Below are positions 27,001-33,916 of a stretch of DNA of 34,166 nucleotides, one piece after another. Every line of letters begins with the position of its first letter. The stretch's first letter is position 1. The notes beneath the pieces were generated by a model that saw only the letters and a list, made by a program, of their open reading frames with translations, was not told where the DNA came from and ran no database searches. The DNA comes from a virus, in the IMG/VR virus record IMGVR_UViG_3300045988_047610, positions 1-34,166 of that record. One strand, 5' to 3'. The position numbers and the translations under genes were made by a program.

Positions 27001-29328
27001 ACTAAAGCCGTTGATGAATTGAACCCGTTGAAGGATTTAGTTGAGGAAGTCGAACGCCAAACAGGCGAAAAAATTGCCTTTGATGATAATCCGTATATGC
27101 AAGCGTGGTTAGCGCGTGGCTGGGTTGGTAAAGCTGAAACGCTTATTGAACACGGCGCACCGGAACATGGTATTAAATCGTTAAAAGACATTTTGAAAGG
27201 TATAGGCGAAAAGGAACATAAGGAATTCTCCGCATATCTTGTAGCCTTGCACGATTTAGACCTACACAAAAACAAACAAAAAGCAACGTTTGATTATACC
27301 GAAGATGCTGCCGTATTAGGTAAGCACGCCGGAAATGAACGCTTTCAAAAGGCAGCAGTTGCAATATATAAGTATCAAGATTATATGTTACAGATGTTAG
27401 TTAAAGAGGGCATGCTAACGGCCAAGGCATATCATGCAATGCGCAAAATGTACCCGCATTACATTCCATTTTTCCGCGACATGTCAGATGCTGGCATGCA
27501 ATCGTTTTTATCTGGCGGCAAGGGTTTTGTTGATGTATCTAGTCCGGTAAAACGTTTTAAAGGTAGTACGCGCGATATTATTGATCCGTTGGAAAGCATC
27601 GTAAAGAATACGTTCCAATTCTATAACGCGGTAGAACGAAATCACGTTGGGCGTACATTTGCAAAACTTGCCGATAAAAACGGCGTAGGGCAAATAGTGG
27701 AACGTGTAAACGGTAACAAAGCGGCAACAGATAATACATTTAATGTTTGGGAAAACGGCGAAAAAGTAACGTATGAAACAACGCCGGAACTTATTCAAAC
27801 GATGCGCATGTTAGATAAAGACCAATCCAATATGGTTGCTAAAATCTTGTCATATCCGGCTAACTGGTTACGCGCTGGTGCTACATTATCACCGGAATTT
27901 ATCTTGCGAAACCCTGTACACGATATGATAGGCGCATCTATTTATTCCAAACATGGGTTTATTCCTGTAGTCGATACTTTTAAAGGGTTATCGCTATTCC
28001 TTAAAAAAGGCGATTTATACTGGGAATATATGAAATCTGGCGCGGCACATGCGGCAATGGTTTCCTTAGACCGCGACTATTTAGGCGGCCAATTACGCGA
28101 TATTATGAGCCGTGAAAGTAAGGCTACTAAGTTGATTAAAAACCCTATTGAAGTATTGCGCGCCATGAGTGAAGCAACAGAAATGGCAACACGATTGGCG
28201 GAATTTGATAATGCACGAAAGGGTTATACTGGGGTTGGTAATCGCCTATTTGGGAAAGATAGAAAGCCTTTAACTGCAAGGGAAGCGGCGCTTGAAAGCC
28301 GTGATATAACGCTAGATTTTAGCCGTAGAGGTTCGCATACTAAAAAAGCAAATCAAGTAATAGCATTCTTTAACGCAACAATTCAAGGCGCCGACAAAAT
28401 GGCGCGTGCTTTTAAAGAAGACCCGCGCGGTATGACTGTTAAAACTATGCTATATATCACATTACCAAGTGTTTTGCTATGGTACATGAATAAAGATGAT
28501 GAACGATACCAAGAGTTACCACAATGGGAAAAAGATACATTCTGGATTATTCCGGGTAAAGAAAATATGTATCGTGTTCCTAAGCCATTTGAAGTTGGCG
28601 TGTTATTCGGTACATCGTTTGAACGTATGTTACAGTATTTTGACGATGCAAAAAACAACCGTAAAAGCGTAGGTTTTAAAGGTTTCGGCGATAGGGTAAT
28701 AGATAGCCTTGCACCTAGCTTTATGCCTACGGCTATGATACCGGTTGTTGAAGCTATGACGAATTACTCTTTATTCAGACAACGGAATATTATTCCGCAA
28801 TCTCAAGAAAATTTACCGGCACATTTACAGTATGGCGCTAATACAAGCGAAGTTGCAAAATTCGTAGGCGATAAAATCAACGTTTCGCCGTATATTGTAG
28901 ATAATACAATAAGAGGGTACGGCGGCGGCCTTGCTGATTTAGGTTTAAGCGGCATTGATGCGGCTACTGGTGCAAAAGAAAATAACGCATCTAAAAAATG
29001 GTACGAAGCGCCGGGGTTAAGAGGGTTTACCGCGGCACCTTATCAATCATCGAATAGCGTACAACGTGTATATGATGATTATAAGGAACAAGAAAAGTTG
29101 CATAACGCGTTCAAGTTAACAGGGCAACGGCCAGACGGATACGATGCCAAAGAATTCGCAAAACTCAAAAATGCAAGTGATAGCCTAAAAGGTTTGAACA
29201 AAGCATCTAAAGCGATCATTAATAATGAACGCATGAGCGGCGAACAAAAGAGGGAACAATTAGACAAAATCAATATGAGAAAAGCCAATATAGCGCGCAG
29301 CGTTTATGGTTTAGGTAAGGTTAAATAA
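24067..29328 (+). CDS. 1,753-aa polyvalent virion protein with phage-tail-lysozyme-type muramidase domain and zincin HEXXH motif
   Basis: AAMTGNIGAESSFS...GSRGLVQFTGDR...WEL (about 25060-25500) matches the phage tail lysozyme family pattern. IMHELGHYVDNYF has HELGH at 26575-26589. Confidence 0.75.
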   Translation: MGAFDDITSQYGKAAGNGNAFEDITTEYGYDVGNAPKPTFWDSVKNNAEYVANGVKNNIEWIDKTGKEINDNVGNTLTNWKDDVVNKANNLGNEYSKSAANAIDANGDNFSKFDDNGEFIDEYATPGLGKAHVETYNAAVGKPAGYLAITPYVPPPVRIAAGVLAAPTIASDTVDMYNANATAENEGTAPDGFLGNKHVATAKNLLVDPVAEPVERLIDDPGEFAKNIAMNPTNLWGDVFLPAAMIHGATPKKVSGAIGERVGRAAEHIKEKASNAFEDIGERFTKDAPKLEEGVMYNAFDDVPVPEEPSNTVEPREYSEGGLSGQPMEGETGNIQADIYNRYRQNGLSDVEAAAMTGNIGAESSFSTTVTSGDGYGSRGLVQFTGDRLNGEKGLLKFAENRGLDPWDWRTQVDFSVWELHNTESAALEAMRARPDATPEEMAVIIRKNYERPDPAVAHDDVRAQIAKETFDGNYGKYENRPRDNTSFKDSTLDPNYRSYEQPFKDEFIENEKPVSGEEPHTDLNSFVENTDKKQAKNENLGINYQGEGETTRTGEINEFQPKDRINTDFVEGEKPKIEEKALENDANTQFRYEEDAPNESLRNALDDLPQKAKETIINELKNDASEPRYTELENKVQSNTEILKDLNKATKPDIPKTELDAVKVRLSESLDVPVERLNNEYMETVRRDRAAELITDTQELKLMQAEPAEGGVSKYAQQPSQLLDNATHEQVRDAVVKAFDGNEAMANRYMESKGVRPTEPLQYSARGNETPHTGIDEVGRLGRSVTRKEILDAVNNLFNQRVKSGRLGRPNVRGWYNTKTDVIRSGNYGEIPTIMHELGHYVDNYFNFSKDARFNNEFNGVIQDRFGKAYNKLGMDGIRGEGYAEFFKDYVSDRAKAKREFPEFYKHFTEAIAKEPELNGITNKLSQLVHEWHRQGGAERIKGSISFESKGKVSQAIDAVKRGEAKDVIKKALNDVYTKAVDELNPLKDLVEEVERQTGEKIAFDDNPYMQAWLARGWVGKAETLIEHGAPEHGIKSLKDILKGIGEKEHKEFSAYLVALHDLDLHKNKQKATFDYTEDAAVLGKHAGNERFQKAAVAIYKYQDYMLQMLVKEGMLTAKAYHAMRKMYPHYIPFFRDMSDAGMQSFLSGGKGFVDVSSPVKRFKGSTRDIIDPLESIVKNTFQFYNAVERNHVGRTFAKLADKNGVGQIVERVNGNKAATDNTFNVWENGEKVTYETTPELIQTMRMLDKDQSNMVAKILSYPANWLRAGATLSPEFILRNPVHDMIGASIYSKHGFIPVVDTFKGLSLFLKKGDLYWEYMKSGAAHAAMVSLDRDYLGGQLRDIMSRESKATKLIKNPIEVLRAMSEATEMATRLAEFDNARKGYTGVGNRLFGKDRKPLTAREAALESRDITLDFSRRGSHTKKANQVIAFFNATIQGADKMARAFKEDPRGMTVKTMLYITLPSVLLWYMNKDDERYQELPQWEKDTFWIIPGKENMYRVPKPFEVGVLFGTSFERMLQYFDDAKNNRKSVGFKGFGDRVIDSLAPSFMPTAMIPVVEAMTNYSLFRQRNIIPQSQENLPAHLQYGANTSEVAKFVGDKINVSPYIVDNTIRGYGGGLADLGLSGIDAATGAKENNASKKWYEAPGLRGFTAAPYQSSNSVQRVYDDYKEQEKLHNAFKLTGQRPDGYDAKEFAKLKNASDSLKGLNKASKAIINNERMSGEQKREQLDKINMRKANIARSVYGLGKVK

Positions 29329-29338
29329 GGGGCGCATA

Positions 29339-29872
29339 ATGGAGTTTATTTTGAAGTTTTTTGTTGAGGGTTGGAACTCTTTAACAGATAGTTTTGTATT
29401 GAAAGCAATATTAAGCGGTGCGGCAGCCGTTGCTATATGGGTAATTGGAATTAAACACGTCCAGATTTTGGGCGTGTTTATTTTATTGGTATTCATCGAC
29501 CTTTTCACTAAATGGGCGGCTATTGCCTATCAAATGTTAATTGATGAATACGGATACGATAAAGACCAAATGGCCGTATGGGAAAAGTACCGTGCAATAC
29601 CGTTGGCGTTTGAAAAGGGCCTAATTTCCAGCCGATACATGCGAAAAGGGTTTGTATTTAAAATCCTAACATATGTAGCGGCTACAATGGCGGCCGTATT
29701 ATTCGATGAAATGAGCGGGCAAAAACAATTTGCAGTATCGTTGGTTTGGTTATATTTGGGTTCCTGTGAATTCCTATCTATTATGGAAAACCTACGCGAC
29801 GGCGGAAATGCTATGCTAGGTAAATTCCTTGATTTAATCCGAACAAAAATTGAAAACAAGGTGAAATTATAA
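29339..29872 (+). CDS. Holin (Phage_holin_4 / toxin-secretion-lysis holin family)
   Basis: Multiple TM segments. FIDLFTKWAAIA and CEFLSIMENLRDGGNAM match the family pattern (iD..TG...A ... E..SI.EN). Lies upstream of the endolysin. Confidence 0.75.
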   Translation: MEFILKFFVEGWNSLTDSFVLKAILSGAAAVAIWVIGIKHVQILGVFILLVFIDLFTKWAAIAYQMLIDEYGYDKDQMAVWEKYRAIPLAFEKGLISSRYMRKGFVFKILTYVAATMAAVLFDEMSGQKQFAVSLVWLYLGSCEFLSIMENLRDGGNAMLGKFLDLIRTKIENKVKL

Positions 29873-29881
29873 GGGGGTACC

Positions 29882-30478
29882 ATGAGAGGTATTGACGTAA
29901 GCGAAAATAACGGCGTAGTTGACTGGGGCGCGGTCAAGGCTAATGGGTTTGATTTCGCGATCATTCGCATCGGTTATGGCCGTGGTAATTTAGATAGTGA
30001 ATTCTATAACAATATTAACGGTGCTATTAATGCCGGTTTAGCAGTTGGCGTATACCATTATTCCTATGCCATGAACGAAGAACATGCAGCAGATGAAGCC
30101 GAATTTATACTAAATACATTAAGTGATGCCGGCTTAACTGCTGATAAATTGCCAATGGGCGTATGGTTCGATATGGAAGATGCTGACGACTACAAAGCAG
30201 AACATGGTATGCCAACAGACCAGCAACTAACTAATATATGCAGCGTGTTCATTAATAAGTTATGGCAAGCTGGTTACGTAAATACCGGCTTATATGCTAG
30301 TTACGACTGGCTTGTAAATGTATTAGATATTAGCCAGTTGGGCGGGTGCGCTATTTGGTGCGCACAATTAAATAGTCAATGCGATTATGAAGGTGCTAAT
30401 TTGTGGCAATATACATTTACTGAAAACATTGAAGGTAAGGAATTTGATGCGGATTTAGTATTGAATTGGCCTATCTAA
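29882..30478 (+). CDS. Endolysin, glycoside hydrolase family 25 muramidase (single catalytic domain)
   Basis: MRGIDVSENNGVVDWGAVKANGFDFAIIRIGYG...GVYHYSYA is a GH25 signature. No recognisable cell-wall-binding domain in the 198 aa. Confidence 0.9.
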   Translation: MRGIDVSENNGVVDWGAVKANGFDFAIIRIGYGRGNLDSEFYNNINGAINAGLAVGVYHYSYAMNEEHAADEAEFILNTLSDAGLTADKLPMGVWFDMEDADDYKAEHGMPTDQQLTNICSVFINKLWQAGYVNTGLYASYDWLVNVLDISQLGGCAIWCAQLNSQCDYEGANLWQYTFTENIEGKEFDADLVLNWPI

Positions 30479-30490
30479 CGGGGGTATTGT

Positions 30491-31063
30491 ATGGATACTA
30501 TCAAGAAATTCATAAAAGCGTATTTGCCAGTTATCACAGTAGCATTGCTTATGCTGCTGGTGGTAGTCGCTGGCCTGTTCGTCTATAATATGATGCATAC
30601 CAAAAAGCTACAAGAACCGGTTATTATCAGTCAGACCATAGCGAAAAACCCGCACAAAATGGCGGATACATTAAAAATCACGCCGAAGGAAGCAACGGAA
30701 GTTATTTCCTATAAGGAAAGTACTGAACCTGTGGCAACGTATTATACACAGGCGCCAACGTTACATGATGCGGCAGTCATAACAAAAAACGCTATCAAGG
30801 ATAAATCGCCTAATATTCCAAAGGAAGCCATAGAAAAAAGCGATAGAACCGCAGTTGTTGAAAATACCGATGAACAAAAGGTTGATGTATATAAGATTAA
30901 CCTTAACAAAGCGCATCGCATAATGGGCGGCGTTACTGTACTGGATACAGGCAAGGTATATGAAACGGTAGGTTATCAAGCTGGCGACTTTCAAGGCCTA
31001 GCGCATTTTGACGGTAAGCATTTCAAAGGGGCCAGCGCGCTTTATACATTTGCGAAATGGTAG
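30491..31063 (+). CDS. N-terminally membrane-anchored protein of the lysis cassette (function unknown)
   Basis: Single TM LPVITVALLMLLVVVAGLFVY near the N-terminus. Gene directly follows the endolysin. Confidence 0.5.
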   Translation: MDTIKKFIKAYLPVITVALLMLLVVVAGLFVYNMMHTKKLQEPVIISQTIAKNPHKMADTLKITPKEATEVISYKESTEPVATYYTQAPTLHDAAVITKNAIKDKSPNIPKEAIEKSDRTAVVENTDEQKVDVYKINLNKAHRIMGGVTVLDTGKVYETVGYQAGDFQGLAHFDGKHFKGASALYTFAKW

Positions 31064-31135
31064 GTGATCCGATTATCTCCGAGTTGCACGGATTGCAACA
31101 GTAAACTATTAGTTGACAGTTGGAAAGGAAATATT

Positions 31136-31297
31136 ATGAAAACATTTACATTTGAAGGCAAAACTCATATGTTCGCGGAAGAAGTAAACCCAAAGAAAGA
31201 CGGTTTATATACCGCAACACTAACAGACCATAACAACGTACGTTGTGAAATGTGGTTCGTAAACGGCGAATTGAAACGCCTTGTTGAATTAGACTAA
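31136..31297 (+). CDS. Small protein (53 aa), moron-like position between lysis cassette and attP
   Basis: ATG 31136 follows GGAAAGGAAA. The GTG 31064 extension in the track has no SD. Strong terminator downstream. Confidence 0.45.
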   Translation: MKTFTFEGKTHMFAEEVNPKKDGLYTATLTDHNNVRCEMWFVNGELKRLVELD

Positions 31298-31303
31298 TAA
31301 TAA

Positions 31304-31339
31304 AGGGGTACCATAGCGGTACCCCTCTTTTTTGTTTTT
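31304..31339 (+). terminator. Strong intrinsic terminator ending the late/lysis operon
   Basis: AGGGGTACC-atagc-GGTACCCCT followed by CTTTTTTGTTTTT. Confidence 0.85.
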
Positions 31340-31340
31340 G

Positions 31341-31557
31341 ACGGCAAAAATACGGCAAAAATTTCATAATAAACTATATAATTTTGTGGATATAAATTCT
31401 TAAAAATTGTTTTGGCCAATTAGTTAAAAACTACAATATGCCATTTCGTGGATAAAAATTATCATATACGATATAATAAATGAGATATAACAAAAAGCAT
31501 ATAAAATACCTTAATTAAAGCACTTTTATATATCAACGGCAAAAATTCGGCAAAAAT
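31341..31557. other. Candidate attP region with repeated putative integrase arm sites
   Basis: ACGGCAAAAATACGGCAAAAAT (31341-31362) and ACGGCAAAAATTCGGCAAAAAT (31536-31557) are direct repeats. TT(T/C)GTGGATA(T/A)AAATT occurs at 31383-31398 and 31445-31460. Very AT-rich. Abuts the integrase stop codon. Confidence 0.45.
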
Positions 31558-31559
31558 AA

Positions 31560-32612
31560 TTAACCAAAAATATTGGCAACTTTATCGGCTGCCTTTAGTC
31601 GCATATCATCTGAAAAATGAACGTATGTTTTTAATACCGTCGGTAGACTATCACCTAATAGGGCGGATACTGTTTTTATATCTACGCCGTTTGATAATAA
31701 TTTAGTTGCGTATGTATGGCGTAGATCATGAATGGAGTTATTAGGTAAGAAACTTTTCATTATTTGCGATGCGCCCCAACTGCTGCTAATTCTATTATTA
31801 AAAAGGCGGCCAGTTGAATATGTTCCTTTGTAATCTTTCAATATTCTTGCTAATACTGGCGGTATAGGTAGTTGCCGATAGCTATTTTTTGATTTAAGCG
31901 GTTTTAATGCGTATTTATTGTAATCAATCGCCCCAAATTGCTGCACTACGTTTATGATGTTGTTATCCAAATCAACATTTTCCCAAGTAAGGCCGATAAT
32001 TTCTCCGTATCTCATGCCGGTATAGGCAGCAATAGAAAATATAACATAGTATTTATAGTTTCTATCCTTTACGGCGTTTAAAAATGTTTCTATTTCTATA
32101 TCTGATAACGCCTTTATTTTAATAGGCTTATTATTTTTAAAACGTGGTATAACTTTTAATTCGTTTATAGGAATTATTTTATATTGGTATACCGCATAAC
32201 TAAATAAACGCTGAATTATGCCCAAGGCAAGGTTTTTGGAAGCCGTTGCATATGTTGTATCGTTTAATATGCGTTTCACTTGATACGGCGTAATATTCGC
32301 AATTTTTTCGCTAAATATAGGTTTGAATATATCGAACGTACGCACATAAGCGCGGTATGTATTAAATGCGCGTGGCTTGTTTTCTCTAATGTAAATGTTA
32401 AAAAAATCAATAAGAGTTATATTTCTAAGACTATCATCGGTTGCGGTGATAGTCTTTTTTAATTTATCAATGATCGTTTGAGCGTGGATTTTTGCCGCCT
32501 TTTGTGTTTCAAAACCCTGTTTAGATTTCTGGCGCCAGCGGTTGCCGTCCTTGTATGAAACGATACATTGATACCCTTTATCCTTTTTTCTTATGGTTAT
32601 ATTGCATTGCAT
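31560..32612 (-). CDS. int: Tyrosine-type site-specific integrase
   Basis: N-terminal arm-binding-like ITIRKKDKGYQCIVSYKDGNRWRQKSKQGF. Catalytic GMRYGEI, HDLRHTYAT and LKTYVH (R...H-x-x-R...Y). Confidence 0.9.
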   Translation of the reverse strand: MQCNITIRKKDKGYQCIVSYKDGNRWRQKSKQGFETQKAAKIHAQTIIDKLKKTITATDDSLRNITLIDFFNIYIRENKPRAFNTYRAYVRTFDIFKPIFSEKIANITPYQVKRILNDTTYATASKNLALGIIQRLFSYAVYQYKIIPINELKVIPRFKNNKPIKIKALSDIEIETFLNAVKDRNYKYYVIFSIAAYTGMRYGEIIGLTWENVDLDNNIINVVQQFGAIDYNKYALKPLKSKNSYRQLPIPPVLARILKDYKGTYSTGRLFNNRISSSWGASQIMKSFLPNNSIHDLRHTYATKLLSNGVDIKTVSALLGDSLPTVLKTYVHFSDDMRLKAADKVANIFG

Positions 32613-32790
32613 CGTCTAATTCCTTTAATGAATAACTTGCTATAAATTGTGCGCCGATAGTTAGGGCAACAACTATAAGCATCAAAATATATCTGTGCTC
32701 TTTCCAATCCATAAAGCCTAATATCATACCGATAATAAGATATAGAATACTTTGATAAAACGCCACGTTGATTGCATCTTTTTTACTCAT
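32578..32790 (-). CDS. Small two-TM membrane protein in the lysogeny module (superinfection-exclusion candidate)
   Basis: Hydrophobic ILYLIIGMILGF and ILMLIVVALTIGAQFI. Co-oriented with repressor and integrase. The function is only inferred from position. Confidence 0.45.
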   Translation of the reverse strand: MSKKDAINVAFYQSILYLIIGMILGFMDWKEHRYILMLIVVALTIGAQFIASYSLKELDDAMQYNHKKKG

Positions 32791-33127
32791 GGTATACCCC
32801 TTTATTTAACAATATATGCGCGAATGTATCCGCATCATGTTCTAGTTTTTTGCGTAAATCGGCATCTATTTCCTTAAATAAATCATAATCCTTATGAAGA
32901 AATATATGCCCTAATTGATGTGCAAGCGCTATACGTTGCTGGCGCCTACTTAACCGGCTATTAATAACAATAGCCTTTTTAATCTCCGGTTTAATCATTA
33001 TGCCGCTAACGCAAGCCGGCAATGGTTTATATATTACTTTAATATCTAATTTACTTGCTATATAGCGCGGTTCGTTTGAGCCGTGCGAATTAATCAAATC
33101 TAAGACAAAAGAACACATATTGAACAT
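32783..33127 (-). CDS. ImmA/IrrE-family (COG2856) metallopeptidase homologue with HQLGH instead of HEXXH
   Basis: RIALAHQLGHIFLH...EHDADTFA compared with the family pattern f.laHElgH..lh...E.eAn.FA. Located directly downstream of the XRE repressor. AAGGGGAA SD. Confidence 0.7.
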   Translation of the reverse strand: MFNMCSFVLDLINSHGSNEPRYIASKLDIKVIYKPLPACVSGIMIKPEIKKAIVINSRLSRRQQRIALAHQLGHIFLHKDYDLFKEIDADLRKKLEHDADTFAHILLNKGVYHE

Positions 33128-33151
33128 GCTAACAATTCCCCTTGAATATTA

Positions 33152-33496
33152 TTAATCGTCTAATACCGCTTTTAATACTTTGGATATTTTAGCTTTTTGC
33201 GATGCCGTCAATTCACGATCACCATAATAACAAATTAAAGCATTATCCGTAATTTTCTTTAAATCAATACAATTATCTTGCTTTTTGACTTTAGGCGTTC
33301 CCTCTACGCCCTCAGTAAAATAAGAGGTTGGCACGTTGAAATAGTCAGCCAAAATCTTAACTGTTTTTAAACTGGGTATAGAGTTTTGGTTTTTCCAACG
33401 TGAAATAGTACTTTGAGCAATGCCAGTTTCCTTTGAAATTTGATACATGGAAACGCCAGTTTTACGCATTGCATCGCAGAATTTTTGGTAAAACAT
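33152..33496 (-). CDS. CI-like XRE-family repressor
   Basis: ATG 33496 lies 6 nt after GGAGG; the TTG start at 33511 in the track lies upstream of that SD. HTH GVSMYQISKETGIAQSTISRWKNQNSIPS. Divergent from the cro-like gene. Confidence 0.8.
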   Translation of the reverse strand: MFYQKFCDAMRKTGVSMYQISKETGIAQSTISRWKNQNSIPSLKTVKILADYFNVPTSYFTEGVEGTPKVKKQDNCIDLKKITDNALICYYGDRELTASQKAKISKVLKAVLDD

Positions 33497-33545
33497 ATTT
33501 AACCTCCGCAAACTATAAATAAAAATTTATAAAATTTACGAAATG

Positions 33546-33685
33546 TTTATTGGACTACTTGCGTTAACGCACGTATAATAAAGCCATAAGGTAGTTGCGA
33601 AAACGCAAGCAATCTTATAAACAATCGTGTTATAGCAAGTGGTGAAAGGTGAGATATTTATTACTTGCTATAACGCAAGTATAAC
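33546..33685. promoter_or_regulatory. Immunity switch: three operators inside or next to two tandem rightward promoters
   Basis: O1 = ACTTGCGTTAACGCACGT (33557-33574), O2 = GTTGCGAAAACGCAAG (33594-33609), O3 = ACTTGCTATAACGCAAGT (33663-33680). O1 fills the spacer of P1, which is TTGGAC(T) at 33550-33556 plus TATAAT at 33574-33579. O3 fills the spacer of P2, which is TTTATT at 33657-33662 plus TATAAC at 33680-33685. No leftward promoter for the repressor was identified. Confidence 0.65.
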
Positions 33686-33709
33686 ATTTTAAATAAGGGG
33701 GTGTAAACC

Positions 33710-33916
33710 ATAAAAACAACAGTAAAAAACATTTTCCAGCTAATGGATAAACAAGGCGTTACCGCCTATAAGTTATCTAAAGAAACTGGAATTAGTGAAA
33801 GCGTTATATCACGCTGGAAAAGTGGCGAACAATCGCCAAGCATTAGCAGCCTTGTAAAGGTCGCACATTTCTTTAATTGTGGTTTGTCTGAATTGATGAA
33901 AGGAAGCGAATTATGA
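33710..33916 (+). CDS. Cro-like XRE-family HTH protein; probable non-AUG start (ATA 33710), first ATG at 33743
   Basis: AAGGGGGTG SD (33694-33702) lies 7 nt before ATA 33710. No SD precedes ATG 33743. Starting at 33743 would delete helix 1 (VKNIFQLMDKQG) of the XRE fold. The HTH YKLSKETGISESVISRWKS is paralogous to the repressor HTH. Confidence 0.6.
   Translation: MKTTVKNIFQLMDKQGVTAYKLSKETGISESVISRWKSGEQSPSISSLVKVAHFFNCGLSELMKGSEL

Noticed and set aside
31064-31135. A GTG-initiated extension of the small gene whose N-terminus MIRLSPSC looked like a lipobox (an o-spanin candidate).
   Set aside because: Only 7 residues precede the Cys, so there is no signal-peptide hydrophobic region. There is no SD before the GTG, whereas ATG 31136 has a good SD.
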